Positions 18,056 to 44,405 are shown, counted from the first letter of the stretch. The stretch is 64,000 bases of DNA from the human T2T-CHM13v2.0 reference genome, Homo sapiens (GCF_009914755.1 NC_060931.1); one strand, 5' to 3'. Made by a program: numbers and translations. The notes: generated by a model from the letters alone, not told the origin.

Positions 18056-19281
18056 CTAATGCGTGTCATTTATTTGTGGTGATGCCTATTTCTCCCCACT
18101 GTCTGCTCCACAGGGGCAGGGGCTGCAGCCGCCTTGTTACCTCTGTGTCCCGAGCACCTGGAGCAGGGCGGGCCCCACATCAGGGGCTCAAGGAGCACCT
18201 GCTGAATAAATAAAGGAATGGCGTCCTGGCCCTTCCCAGTGGCCGGCTGATACACAGTCACTTTTCTTGGACATCAGGCTAATCCCCACTGCAGGCAGAA
18301 CCACTGCTGCCACCTTCCCACACCAACCGAAGCAGCGGCAGTGACGCCACGTGCAATGACAACCACGGCACCCCGTGAAGCACCTGCTGCCTCGATGACT
18401 CTGCAGAATCGTGTCCAATGTCGCCGAGTCCTGGCAGCAGCAAATCTTTATCTCCCAATGTTGTTATGACCCATAAGGTCCATAGACGAACAAGGTACCT
18501 CAAACGCTAACTGCGTTGGAGTCAACCAAAGCTCGGAGATAGAATACTGGCCGGGCCAGGCACAGTGGCTCATGCCTGTAATTCCAGCACTTTGGGAGGC
18601 TGAGACAAGGGGCAAAAGGAGACCATGTTTCTACAAAAAATTTAAAAATTAGCTGGGCATGGTGGTGCATGCCTGTGGTCACAACTACTTGGGAGACAGA
18701 GAGAGGAGGATCGCTTCAGCCTGGTACGTCAAGGCTGCAGTGAGCTGTGATTGTGCCACTGCACTCCAGCCTGGGGGACAGAGGGAGAATCTGTCTAAAA
18801 AAAAAAAAAGAAGAATTCTGGGTTTTTTTTGTTTTTTTGAGACGGAGTCTCGCTCTGTCGCCCAGGTTGGAGTGCAGTGGTATGAACTTGGCTCACTGCA
18901 AGTTCCGCCTTCTGGGTTCACGCCATTCTCCTGCCTCAGCCTCCCGAGTAGCTGGGACTATAGGCGCCCGACACCACGCCCGGCTAATTTTTTTGTATTT
19001 TTAGTAGAGACGGGCTTTCACCATGTTAGCCAGGATGGTCTCGATCTCCTGAACTCGTGATCCGCCCGCCTCAGCTTCCCAAAGTGCTGGGATTAGAGGC
19101 TTGAGCCACCATGCCCGGCCAAGAATACTGCTTAACAGAGGTAACAAAAGAGCAATAATTATGAGTTCAAGGTCACAGAGAACGCAGACGACACAGATGC
19201 TCAGCTACGACGCTGCACGTAGCTCTCTGTGTAAAATGACCCCTGGCAATCACAAAGGCGTTTACAACCTTGACCAAATCA

Positions 19282-19966
<685 letters not shown>

Positions 19967-20055
19967 TTAAAAAAAACTGGTCTATATGACCTGAAAGATT
20001 ATTCCCAGCTCTAAAAAGACAAGAATCTATAGTTCTGATTTTTTTTTTTTTTTGA

Positions 20056-20160
<105 letters not shown>

Positions 20161-20163
20161 TGA

Positions 20164-20482
<319 letters not shown>

Positions 20483-20814
20483 TCAAACCATATCCTGAAG
20501 TCAAACATTTAGCTTTACAGCAGAAATGAAATGAAAACAACAATACTGTATTTTGAATTCATGTCAAAATAACAACACAAATAACAACACTACTCAGCTA
20601 AGTGTCACAAAACTTCCTGAGAAGTTCCTTTTAATTTTCTCTTTCTTAAAGTTCTTTTTAGAAGTTAAAGTAGCTACAGGCCAGGTGCGGTGGCTCACGC
20701 CTGTAATCTCAGCACTTTAGGAGCCCGAGGCAGGCAGATCTCTTGAGGCCAGGAGTTTGAGACCGGCCTGGTCAACACAGCGAAACACTCTCTCTACTAA
20801 AAATATAAAAATTA

Positions 20815-21173
<359 letters not shown>

Positions 21174-22227
21174 TCAAGTAGCTACAAAAGTAGTTTGCTT
21201 TTTCCTCAGCCTGCCACGCCAATGACTCCCACTTTTTCTGAATCCTTTCCTTAAGGATAACAGTATCACAAAAATGCTATTTTTCCTCCTTCTAATACAG
21301 AATTTGAAACACTGGGTTAGGTCATTGCCAGCATTTGTAAACAGAATGAACAGACAGCATTTATTTTGCTATCCTGTTCCTTCCTCTGCCTGTATTATAT
21401 CTCCATCCCTCTCTCCTCCTGGATTTACTGTTTGTTTTTTTTTAACCTTTCGTTATTTTTTTCAAAGATAGAGACAGGGTCTCACTATGTTGCCCAGGCT
21501 GCTCTCAAACTCCTGGGCTCAAGCGATCCTTCCACTTCAGCCTCCCAAAGTGCTGGGATTACGAGTGTGAGCCACTGCATCTGGTCCTGAGTGCTGGATA
21601 AGACAAACACTGCTCAAGGCAGGAGACAGCTGGTGAGCAAACACAGGCTTGGTCCTGGAGCCAACAGATTACCGGGGAAGAAAGACGTTGAGCAAATACT
21701 CAGGCAAGTCGATTATGATGAGAAACGACAGGAAGGTCAGGAAGAAAAAGCAGCCAGTGTCATAGAGAGACTTCACCCTGGGGTCAGGAAGTGACCTTTG
21801 AGCTGAGTCCGGGGATAAGAGAGTTAATCAGGTAACGGGGGAGAAGTGGGTGCAGGGTGCAGGACAAGTATTCTAGACAGGGACAACAATCTGTGCCAAG
21901 CCCCAGGATGGACCGCTGATGTTTGCAGAGCCACACATAAAGATATCCTTCATTCTGCTTAGTGGCCACATAGGGATTCATCAGGCCTGCCAAGGGAAAA
22001 AGAAAGACAGCCAGAGAGGCTTGAGTACAGGGAACAAGGGGAAGACGAACGGGAAAAGCTACAGAGGTCAACAGGGCCACCCTACACAGGGGCTGGCAGG
22101 GCAGGGTGGAACTGGGTCTTTATCCTTTAATCTTGAAGTGTGGTCCATCTGGGACCCTAAGTGGTCTGTGATTACCTGGGCCAACTTGAAATGTCACAGA
22201 TGAGAGGTTATCTTTGCCGAATGGCTA

Positions 22228-22548
<321 letters not shown>

Positions 22549-22643
22549 CTATTAAGAGGAACAGGGAAGGGATATAAAGTAGCTTACTAAATGTCTATTA
22601 TTACCATTGCCTCCTACTGAGAATAAAAACAATTCACGCATTC

Positions 22644-22745
22644 CACAGGAGAGTACTCAGCAAACTACACAGGAGAGTACTCAGCAAACTACACAGGAGA
22701 GTACTCAGTAAACTACACAGGAGAGTACTCAGCAAACTACACAGG
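22644..22745. repeat. 24-bp minisatellite, 4.25 copies (PMS2 intron 12)
   Basis: (CACAGGAGAGTACTCAGCAAACTA)4 + CACAGG; the third copy has one C>T change. Confidence 0.97.
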
Positions 22746-23177
22746 TTCAGTGGTACATTTCTCCATGTGGGATCTACTTGTTGGGATCTGAGTTTACTTC
22801 ACTACGTGGTTTAATTTCCCACACGAAAATCCATGACCTCTTCTTCTAACTTTGCTGAAGACAAGACTTTGGTTTTACATGATACTATCACACCTGACCT
22901 TTGTGAAGTAGTCAGGGTAAAACATTCCAGTTTGGCCGAGGAGAGAGAAATACCAAATTCTGCAGTGACTATCTTAAAATAATTTTTAAATTTTATTTTA
23001 TTTTATTTATTAATTTATTTGTGAGACAGAGTCTCACTGTCTCACTCTGTCACCCAGGCTGGAGAGCTGTGCAGTGGCACGATCATGGCAGCCTCAATCT
23101 CCTGGGCTCAAACGATCCTCCCACCTCAGCCTCCCGAATAGCTGGGACCACAGGCACACACCATCAAGTCTGACTAA

Positions 23178-23324
<147 letters not shown>

Positions 23325-23509
23325 TGACTTCTGATTACTCTACTGTCAATCAACACTGGCGCACAGGCTGTCTGTCTTTCTGAACACACACATTCCATAC
23401 ACTATGCATACTAATACTCCATACTATCAATTGCCCTCATCAGAAGGATCTTCTGGCTAACCAGTGATCAACATTTTTAATAGCGAAAAATACCTGATAC
23501 TTAGAGAAC

Positions 23510-23700
23510 ATGTTAACCACGTGAACTGGGGCAGGTTACTCAACCTCTCTGCATGTGCCTCAGTTTTATCGCTTGTGGAATGGTGATGGTAACAGTAACA
23601 ACCCCATAGGTTTTTGAGGATTAAAGGAACTAATACACATACATTATTTCAACAGTGCCTGGCAGATTCTAGGCACTGAATAAATGGTAACTATCACTAT
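23510..23700 (+). mobile_element. MIR element
   Basis: Core GGGCAGGTTACTCAACCTCTCTG...GCCTCAGTTT...GAGGATTAAA...ACAGTGCCTGGCA...AATAAATGGTAACTAT. Confidence 0.75.
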
Positions 23701-23775
23701 TATGTAAAAAGTATAAAAATCTGCTATATGAATACTTATGGAAAAATACATATATACATATAGACACACATATAA

Positions 23776-24244
<469 letters not shown>

Positions 24245-24588
24245 TAGGCGTGAGCCACCGTGCCTGGCCTTTTTGTATTTTTAGTAGAGGCGGGGTTTCA
24301 CCACGTTGGCCAGGCTGGTCTCCAACTCCTGACCTCAGGTGATCTGCCTGCCTCGGCCTCCCAAAGTGCTGGGATTACAGGTGTGAGGCACCGCGCCTGG
24401 CCAACTAGATATTTTTTATTTTTTACACCCCTCCTTCCTAGATCTCTTCTTTTTTAAAGTAGATACAAGGTCTTGCTGTGTTGTCCGGGCTGGTCTCAAA
24501 CTCCTGGCCTCTTGTGATCCTCCTGCCTTGGCCTCTATTAGATCTTCAATTTGAGGGGGAGTCTGGGAATGAACACTAAACACACTCA

Positions 24589-24777
<189 letters not shown>

Positions 24778-25397
24778 TTATCAGACATTTTACAAGATTA
24801 TTTTTCTGATTATGTTATAGAACACTGTAATAAAAAAAAAGTCAAACAATACAAAAACAAAATAAAGTCCCTAGCCATCCCGCTTTCTTTTTTTTTGAAA
24901 CAGAGTCTCGTTCTGTCACCCAGGCTACAGTGCAATGGCACAATCTTGGCTCACTGCAACCTCCACCTCCCGGGTTCGAGTGATTCTTCTGCCTCAGCCT
25001 CCTGAGTAGCTGGGATTACAGGTGCGCCACCATGCCCAGCTAATTTTTGTATTTTTAGTAGAGACAGAGTTCCACCATGTTGGTCAGGCTGGTCTTGAAC
25101 TCCTGACCTCATGATCTGCCCGCCTTGGCCTCCCAAAGTGCTGGGATTACAGGCGTGAGCCACTGCGCTCGGCTTAACCATCCCACTTTCTAAAGATAAC
25201 ATTAATTATTCATTCATCCAACTCTCCGGAGAAGACATCAGTTGCTACTATTAACGATTTAAATGGAATATATCCTTCTAGACCCTTGTCTCCATATATA
25301 ATTTTTTTTAATTTTAAAAAACAAAAATGGAATCTTAATTCTCCATTCTGTCATCACTTAATGCATCTGAAACAAGTTTTCAGACCTGTACACATAG

Positions 25398-25636
<239 letters not shown>

Positions 25637-26255
25637 TGAACTCCCGACCTCAAGTGATCCACCTGCCTCGGCCTCCCAAAGTGCTGGGATTACAGGCGTG
25701 AGCCACCGCACCTGGCCTACTTCATTCTTTTTAATGGCCACATAGGAATTCATTGCATGGATGTACCATAATTTGTCTGACAAATCCCCTACTAAAGGAC
25801 ATTTCAGTTGTTTCCAATTTCAATAGCGCACTCAAAGCTGCAACAAATACTTCTGTGCATAAACCTACTCATCTGTGGGTGCATTTCCGTGAGACAGACG
25901 CTAGAGGGAGAACTACATATGTACTTCTTGACGGGAAATCTGTGAAAAGTCACACTCCCACCAATGGTGTGTAAGAGCACCTTTCTGCCAATGCTGGATA
26001 TCAATCCTTCTCATCTTTGCCAGGCCCACCACTGGGTCCTTTGCGGGTGGCTTCAACATCTAATGTCATTAAATACTAACTTAGTCAATCTGGACAAAAG
26101 ACAGACACCACCGCTAACCTTCACACGAGAAATTGACACTGTCATTCTCAGTCCCACACAATTAAATCCGGTGAAAATGGATTTTCCGCAGTATCAGCGC
26201 GGTGATGACAAGAAATGGCTCTGTTAAAGCAGCCATGGACGTTTTCTGGTTCTCA

Positions 26256-26739
<484 letters not shown>

Positions 26740-26785
26740 TCAAATCCAAGTCATAACCAAACCAGTCCCCAAATCCTATCTTTGA

Positions 26786-26965
<180 letters not shown>

Positions 26966-27216
26966 TGAGCCTCCTGCCTCAGCCCCCTGAGTACCTGGGA
27001 CTACAGGCGTACAGCAATGTACTTAGCTAATTTTTTTTTTTTTTTTTTTTTTTTTAGAGATGGGGCCTCATTATATTGCCCAGGCTGGTCTCAAACTCCT
27101 AGCCTCAAGTGATTCTCCTGCCTCAGCCTCCCAAAGTGCTGGAATTACAAGGTGTGCACCACCATGTTAGGCCTGAGGAGGAAAAATGTATAATAAGGCA
27201 TTACACAAACTAGTAA

Positions 27217-27498
<282 letters not shown>

Positions 27499-28160
27499 TA
27501 GTAGAGAAAAGGTTTCTCCATGTTGGTCAGCCTGGTCTCGAACTCCCAACCTCAGGTGATCCACCCACCTCAGCCTCCCAAAGTGCTGGGATTACAGGCA
27601 TGAGCCACCATGCCCAGCAGAAAAGGAACTCTTGTAAGAGGCTCCTACCCACTCAGGCTGAGTTTCAGACCTCCTTGGAGCAGGAGTGGCCGCAGCCTGC
27701 TGGATGGAGAGAAGCTGCCAGAGTGAGTGATGACACAGGAACTCCTGCCGCACAGGAGGGAAGGAAAAGAACATCCCAGAAGCATCCCAGATGCCAGCAC
27801 AAATACCACCTCCCCTGGCGCCGATCCCAGGCTCTCCCAGGAATTGTCTGAATATGCCCTGGTTCCCAGTACATAGATAATCTGCTCAAAAGCTGGTGCT
27901 GGCCTAAAAGACCCAAGTCTTCCATGTGTTTGGAGTCTGTGTCCTGCCACAGAGAACAGGATCTGGCCAGGCGCAGATGCCGGAATTACAACTGCGCACT
28001 ACCGCGCCCAGCCAATTTTATTGTAGAGACGAGGTCTCCCTATGTTGTCCAGGCTGGTCTTGAACTCCTGGGCTCAAGTGATCCTCCCTCCTTGGCTTGG
28101 CCTCCCAAAGTACTGAGATTACAGGTGTGAGCCACCACACCTAGCCTCAAAATACTCTTA

Positions 28161-29421
<1,261 letters not shown>

Positions 29422-29439
29422 CTATCCTGAAATGGTGAG

Positions 29440-30600
<1,161 letters not shown>

Positions 30601-30819
30601 CCGTTTTGGGTTTTTTTTGTTTGTTTGTCTGTTTTTTTGAGACGGAGTCTCGCTTTGTCACCCAGGCTGGAGTGCAGTGGCACAATCTTGGCTCACTGCA
30701 AGCCCCTCCTCCCGGGTTCACGCCATTCTCCTGAGTCAGCCTCCTGAGTAGCTGGGACTACAGGCGCCCGCCACCACGCCCGGCTAATTTTTTGTATTTT
30801 TAGTAGAGACAGAGTTTCA

Positions 30820-30933
<114 letters not shown>

Positions 30934-31478
30934 TCAGGAAATCCCAGCATTTTCAGAGGCCAAGGCTAGAGGACTGCTTGAGCTCAAGAGTTTGAGACCA
31001 GCCTGGGCATCATGGAGAAACCCCATCTCTAATGACAATACAAACATTAGCCAGGTGTGGTGGTGGGCGCCTGTAATCCCAGCTACTCAGGAGGCTGAGG
31101 CAGGAGAATCTCTTGAACGTGGGAGGCTTCAAGGTTGCAGTGAGCCGAGATCGCATCATTGCACTCCAGCCTGGGTGACAAGAGCGAAACTCCATCTCAA
31201 AAAAACAGACATGACAAGGGAGTTAAAAATGCAGTCACTGCAGACTTCTTCTAATCATATATCTTATATGACTTCATCCGTTTACAGTTTACAAAAAACT
31301 AGAGGTACTTGGAGGCAGCTACTTGGGAGGCTGAGGCAGGAAGATGGCCTGAGCCCAGGAGTGTGATGCTGCAGTGAGCTACAATGGCACCACTGCAGTC
31401 CAGCCTGGGTGACAGAGCAAGTCCCTGTCTCAAAAAAGAATTAAAAATGATAAAATAATATAAGAGACTTTGTTTTCA

Positions 31479-31769
<291 letters not shown>

Positions 31770-31908
31770 TTATTTATTAATTATTATTTTCAGACAGCGT
31801 CTCACTCTGTCGCCTAGGCTGGAGTGCAGTGGCGCGATCTCAGCTCACTGCAACCTCCGCCTCCTGGGTTCAAGTGATTCTCCCTGCCTCAGCCTCCGAA
31901 GTAGCTAG

Positions 31909-32142
<234 letters not shown>

Positions 32143-33416
32143 TAAAAACATTACAGTGTCCAGGTTAAGATTCATAAGTTATGAAATCAGCTTTTTCAAA
32201 TAAATGAGCAAAAGACAATTTTTGAATAGACAAAATACGGAAGGGCTTAATTAGGTAAATTGTTAAAGGAAAAGCAAATAAACACATAAAAATAATTTTA
32301 AATATGCAAACTAAAATAAGATATTTTAATCCCCTACTGAATTTAGCTTAACAATTATAATACCTAGTACATTATAGGTAGGTGTGTAAATTGGTACATC
32401 TAGAACACAATACAGAAAAAGCCTTAAAATGATCATATTCACTGACCCAGTAATTCTACTCCCGGCAATTTATATTCAGAATAATTAAAGATGTAGGCTG
32501 AGTGCAGTGGCTCACACCCTGTAATCCCAGCACTTTGGGAGGCTGAGACGAACAGATAAGTTAAGGTCAGGAGTTCAAGACCAGCCTGGCCAACATGGCG
32601 AAACCCCGTCTCTACTAAAAACACAAAAAATTAGTCAGGCATGGTGGCAGGTGCCTGTAATCCGTGCTACTCAGGAGGCTGAGGCGGGAGAATCGCTTGA
32701 ACTCAGGAATCGGAGGTTACAGTGAGCTGATATTACACCACTGCACTCCAGCTTGGGAGACAGAGCAAGACTCTGTCTCAAAAAATATCTAATAATAAAG
32801 ATGCAGATAATGATTTAATTATAAGGAAAGTATTTATAATTTCCAAAAACTAAAAGCAATTTAATTTTGAAAAATTTAAAAATTAAAATACCAAACTATA
32901 ACCATGCATTGGAATATAATTCACCTATTAAAACCACATTTCTGATCAATTTCTAATAACATGGAAAAGAAAACATTCACATCTAAGGATAAAGAGCAGT
33001 ATACAAAATTATTTTCTCATCCCAAAGAATATGGGAGTAGGGGAGAGAGAGAGAAAGAGAGAGAGGACAGAAGATATTTTTTAAGGTATGTACATATGTG
33101 TTTCTAAGTATCTAGAAAAAATACTCAATTACAATAAACCAAAATTTTAACAATCAGAAAAAAAAATCTATATGAAATGAATTATTTATGAAATTAGGAA
33201 GAACATTTCATCTACTTTCTCCCTTGGTTGACATTAAAAAAAATTACATTTTCCTAACAATATAATTAACATAGTCTCAAGTAGAAAGCGGGAACTCTGT
33301 TTAAAAAAAAAAAAAATTATAGGGCCAGGCACGGTGGCTCATGCCTGTAATCCCAGCACTTTGGGAGGCCAAGACGGGCAGATCACGAGGTCAGGAGATC
33401 GAGACCATCCTGGCTA

Positions 33417-33626
<210 letters not shown>

Positions 33627-33702
33627 TTACATGACCATAAATTGTTATCTCATTCCAGTCATAGCAGAGCTGTAGAATTTCATTTTATTCTTTGAGGCAT
33701 TA

Positions 33703-33882
<180 letters not shown>

Positions 33883-33954
33883 CTAACAACATTCTATTCT
33901 AACCAACCAGCATGTTCTTAGAAGGGGATACTTTTTTGTTTTTTTTTTTTTTGA

Positions 33955-34400
<446 letters not shown>

Positions 34401-34975
34401 TAACAGCTTTACTGAGATATGACTAACATGGAATAAACTACACATATTTAAAGTGTGCAATTTCATAAGTTTTGACATATACACAAACACCTGTGAAACT
34501 ATCCCCACAATCAAGATAATGAATATATCCATCACCAAAAGTTTCCTCACAATCTCAAAGTGATATTTCTCTAATCATAGATTCCTAAAACTGAATATTT
34601 TTCCAACTTAAAGTTGCTCTATGAGAAATTCTAGTGAAATGCAAGTGCAGCTTAAATGTTCATAAAACATATTCAATGTACATAGAAAAGTATCTATGAC
34701 ATTAAAATGTCATTAGAAATAAACCAAAATATCACATTATTAATAGTTATAATTAATAATTATGAATCCATCACACTATAGGTTAAAAAATTTAGAAGTT
34801 CAACCACATCTGGCAGATTACAAGCAAACTCTAAAGCATCATTGAAAAACAGGGGCTGGGAGCGGTGGCTCACGCCTGTAATCCCAGCACTTTGGGAGGT
34901 CAAGGCAGGTGGATTGCCTGAGCTCAGGAGTTCTTGACTAGCCTGGGCAACACAGTGAAACCCCATCTCTACTCA

Positions 34976-35239
<264 letters not shown>

Positions 35240-35411
35240 TCAAGATGATCAATTTAAATCTGAGGCAGAAGTAATCTGAGCCCTTATTTTCCTAGGAAAA
35301 TAGAAAGAAGAGAAAATATAGAAATCTATAGAAAATATAGAAACCATGGGCCGGGCGCGGTGGCTCATGCCTGTAATCCCAGCACTTTGGGAGACAGAGG
35401 CGGGTGGATCA

Positions 35412-35681
<270 letters not shown>

Positions 35682-35931
35682 CTATACTGAAAGGTGACAT
35701 AGAATGTTATAAAATGTTTAGTTTCTTCAAATAGTTTTAGTTTTTACAATAATAAATATACTGGTAATATGTGTTTATATATTTATGTATCTATACACAC
35801 AACACATATAATGTATATATGCAGATACAAACACACTCACGTATATGCAATTTAAAAAACTATACAGAGGCCAGGCGCGGTGGTTCACGCCTGTAATCCC
35901 AGCACTTCGGGAGGCCAAGGCAGGCAGATCA

Positions 35932-37147
<1,216 letters not shown>

Positions 37148-37280
37148 CGGTAGACTTCTGTAAATGCACAAAATAAGATAATGTTAAAGCCATGTTTCTC
37201 AAAGTCCCGAGCTCCACGTAAACTGCCTATTATCAGAAAAAAGTTATCAATTAAAAGTCAAAGGCATAAAGAACAAACTA

Positions 37281-37448
<168 letters not shown>

Positions 37449-37918
37449 TTAGAAATACGATCACATGGCACATTCTTAAAGTGAAATGAAAACAAAACAC
37501 CAGGTGACATGCTGATAAGGATCACTATTGCAGTTCACGGGTATCTGTGCTCCAAATCTTGATGAGTCATCAAAGAACCAAACCTTCTGGAATATTCTAA
37601 AGCTCCTACAGTCAACCAATGCACCACAGGTGATGCAGTGCGTCCAAAACTGATGTGTTGCAGCTCTCCTTACCCTTCCTGATAAATCCTCAGCCTCTGT
37701 AAGTGGGTCTCGCTTCAAATGCATTCTCAGAACCTCCGTGCTGCCACCCCTGGTTTGTCAATGAAGTCTAACCACTTGTGCTCAGAATTTTGCCCACATT
37801 CCCTCCCCTTTCAAAACCTCCCGGGTAGGACGCTTATATCTCATGTCTTGGTAAAGCGCTTGCTTCACATGAGACCCACCCCAGGGATACCGGCATTTCC
37901 AGAAGAACACCACCTTCA

Positions 37919-38173
<255 letters not shown>

Positions 38174-38350
38174 TCAGCCGGGCATGGTGGTGAACACCTG
38201 TAGTCCCAGCTTCTCGGAAGGCTGAGGCAGGAGTATCGCTTGAACCTGGGAGGCAGAGGTTGCAGGGAGGCAGAGGTTGCAGTGAGCCAAGATCACGGCA
38301 CTGCACTGCAGCCTAGGCAACAAAGCAAGACTCCATCTCAAAGCTAAAAA

Positions 38351-38389
<39 letters not shown>

Positions 38390-38597
38390 TAGATAGATAT
38401 CTTTACAGGACCAATCCTATTTATGGAAGTGTCTATTTTCTTATACGAAAAGTAATGACACTGAACTGCCTTCATCAGATGCCAGGAAAGTCAAAATCAT
38501 TTAAAATGATAAAATAATTTACAAGTTAGTCTAACTAAACAGAGCCTTAAAGAAGACCTGCTCAACAGAAAACCACCTGAAATATACCACTTACTCA

Positions 38598-39059
<462 letters not shown>

Positions 39060-39093
39060 TCAATTGTAGTTCTCTTGCCAGCAATCTACTTAC

Positions 39094-39263
<170 letters not shown>

Positions 39264-39761
39264 TTAGTCAAGCTATTGACATTACAAGCGCAAAAAAAAT
39301 TAAAAGAATCTTTTGTTTTGTTTTGTTTTTTGAGACAGGGTCTCCCTCTATTGCCCAGGCTGGAGTACAGTGGCTCAATCATACCTCACTGCAATGTCAA
39401 ACTCGTGGGTTCAAGCAATCCTCCTGCGTCAGCCTGTCGAGTGAGTAGCTGGGACTACAGGTGCACACCACCACACCTGGCTAATTTTTTAATTTTTTTG
39501 TAGAGATGGGATCTTGCCGTGTTATCCAAGCTGGTCTTAAATTCCTGGGCTCAAGCGATTCTCCCACCTCAAAATTGTTGGCCGGGTGGTTCAAACACAT
39601 AATCCCAACAGTTTCCTCTCCCAGAGTGCTGGGATTACATGTGTGAGCCGTGGGAACAACAATTTTGATTTTATGATATAAGAAAGATGAAACAAGTACC
39701 TACTTATTCAGAACCCACACATTGCCCACAATAACTTATATTTTTTTCAGAGAGAGAGTGA

Positions 39762-39974
<213 letters not shown>

Positions 39975-40300
39975 TGAGTAGCTGGGATTACAGGTGCCTG
40001 CCACCACGAACAGATAATTTTTGTATTTTTAGTAGAGATGGGGTTTCACCATATTGATCAGGCTGGTCTCAAACTCCTGACCTCGTGATCCGCCCACCTC
40101 AGCCTCCCAAAGTGCTGGGATTACAGACGTGAGCCACTGCGCCGGGCCTTGTGATAGGCACTTTAAAAATCAATTCTTAATCTGGGCGCAGTGGCTCACG
40201 TCTGTAATCCCAGCACTTTGGGAGGCCGAGGCAGGCGGATCACTAGAGGTCAGGAGTTCGAGGCCAGTCTGGCCAACAAGATGAAACCCCATCTCTACTA

Positions 40301-40546
<246 letters not shown>

Positions 40547-40613
40547 TCAGGAATTCGAGACCAGCCTGGCCAACACGGTGAAACCCCGTCTCTACTAAAG
40601 ATACAAAAAATTA

Positions 40614-41070
<457 letters not shown>

Positions 41071-41394
41071 CTACATTACTTTAATATTATAGGAATTACA
41101 CAGCTCAAGTTACAACATCCAACGCAAGGTTCTCACATCATCGCACAAATCAAGGGAAGCACTGTTGACAGAATGATCTGTAAAGAGGTGTCTTCCTATA
41201 TTCTACAGAAAGGAACGCAGAGCTTTTGGCTCCTGGTCACAGTCCTCTCACTTCCCAATGTGCCATGCATCCTGGTAAAACAACTAAAAAGTACAGCCTG
41301 TAATCCCAGCTACTCAGGAGGCTGAGGGCAGGAGGATCACTTGAGACCAGGAGTTCAAGACCAGCCTGGGCAACACAGCAAGACCCTGTCTCTA

Positions 41395-41556
<162 letters not shown>

Positions 41557-42568
41557 CTATCTCTAAAAATGAAAATTAAAAAACTGAAACGTACATTGTG
41601 TTTGATTTTATAATCTCTCCTTTTGAAATGTATCTTCGTATAATAGAAACACTGGCACAAGCATTTTGGTATGCAAAGAGATACACAAAAATGTTCACTG
41701 AAACAATCTCTATGAACAAACAGAAACAACCTAAGCAAGCATCATTGAGGAGTTGATTAATTATGGTATAGCCATAGCGCAGCAGAATGACAACAAATAA
41801 GGCAGTGTGCACCGACTAAAAAAGACAATCACAATATGCTAAGTAAAAAGTCAGTTATAGGGCCAGGCATGATGGTTCACACCTGTAATCCCAGCACTTT
41901 GGGAGGCTGAGGCGGGAGGATCACTTGAGCCCACGAGTTCGAGACCTGCCTGGGCAACACAGAAGGACCCATCTCTACAAAAAAAACAAAAATTAGCCGG
42001 GCATGGTAGCACGGGCCTGGAGTCCCAGCTACTTGGGAGGCTGAAGTGGGAAGATTCATTGAGCCTGGGAGATCATGGCTGCGGTAAGCTGAGATTGTGC
42101 CACTACATCCCAGCCTAGGTGAGAGAGCAAGACCCTGTCTCAATTAAAAAAAAAAAAAAAAAAAAAATACAACTTTCAACCACATACAATTCTGTATTAC
42201 TTGCATGTTGTACATTCTATATTACTTGCTTTCATTATATTAACTTATGAATTTATCTTGAAAATTATTCCAACAGTTATAAACACATGAAATTAAAAGC
42301 AGCCTGAAAAGATATACAAACTGTAAATAACAGTTATCTCTGACAAATAGAAGTTCTACATTCCTGTATTCTGCTAAGGCACTAATTTTTTTACCATAAG
42401 ATACAAAAAAAGAGTAAGTTTTCTCTACTTTAGAAAATTTAAATTTGTGAAAAAATGTAATAAAGTTAAAATTAGCAGCCAAGTGCAGTGGCTCACACCT
42501 GTAATCCCAGCACTTTGGGAGGCTGAGGCAGGTGGATCACTTGAGGTCAGGGGTGCAAGACCAGGCTA

Positions 42569-42814
<246 letters not shown>

Positions 42815-43110
42815 TTAGCTGCATATGTTTAAGTAACTTTTTAGATTATGAAAAACACACATACAAAATGGGAAGGCACAAAGAAGACAGCAAAAACTGC
42901 ATGAGATCTCACATCCAAGGATAACTGCTGAGAACATGAAAGTGCCGAGTCTTCCAGCCTTTATACTATACACATTTAGGCTTGTTGTTTTGTTTTCACA
43001 AAATTGTAATCAAATAATACAGACAGTTCTATAATCTGCTTTTTAAACACAACGACTATATAACATTTAGCTATTTTCATTTGCATTCAAATTCATAAGG
43101 GTTCTAATAG

Positions 43111-43374
<264 letters not shown>

Positions 43375-43454
43375 TGATCCACCCGCCTCAGCCTCCCAAA
43401 GTGCTGGGATTACAGGTGTGAGCCACTGTGCCTGGCCGAGAAATATTCTTATTA

Positions 43455-43652
<198 letters not shown>

Positions 43653-43682
43653 TCAGAAGGCTGAGGCAGGAGAATCGCTTGA

Positions 43683-43961
<279 letters not shown>

Positions 43962-44221
43962 TAAATTTTTTTTTAAAATTTTTCATAGAGACAGGGTCTC
44001 ACTGTGTTGCCCAGTCCTAATAAACACTATGTGATGAAAAGAAAAAAGTAAATCATCCTAAAGTTAAGTCTTTAATGTTAAATCTTTAATGAGAAATGCA
44101 AATAAAGCATTTCTCAATAATTTATGGGAAGAGAATCAACTGAAGAATAAACATCTTTAGTAAATCTTTTGCTCATGTGCATTAACCAATACTCTTGAAA
44201 ACCAGGATTAATTTACTGTAC

Positions 44222-44405
44222 CTTCTTAATATTCCTTTGAAATTCCTTATGGCGCACAGGTAGTGTGGAAAATAACTGCTGCACGCTGACTGTGGTCCCT
44301 CTGGGGCGGGGGTAGGGGGTTTTCTGGATAATTTTCCCATTGTGATCAAACATCAGTCGAGTTCCAACCTTCGCCGATGCGTGGCAGGTAGAAATGGTGA
44401 CATCG
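44222..44405 (-). CDS. PMS2: PMS2 exon 5
   Basis: CAG|CGATGTC...AAGAAG|GTACA; [17 protein letters not shown]...[27 protein letters not shown]. Confidence 0.97.

Noticed and set aside
22644-22745. Palindrome-containing direct repeats as a CRISPR array
   Set aside because: No unique spacers; ordinary minisatellite
38247-38281. 17-bp tandem duplication inside an Alu
   Set aside because: Common slippage event with no sign of function
44300-44320. G-quadruplex on the template strand of PMS2 exon 5
   Set aside because: Only three long G-runs, explained by proline codons
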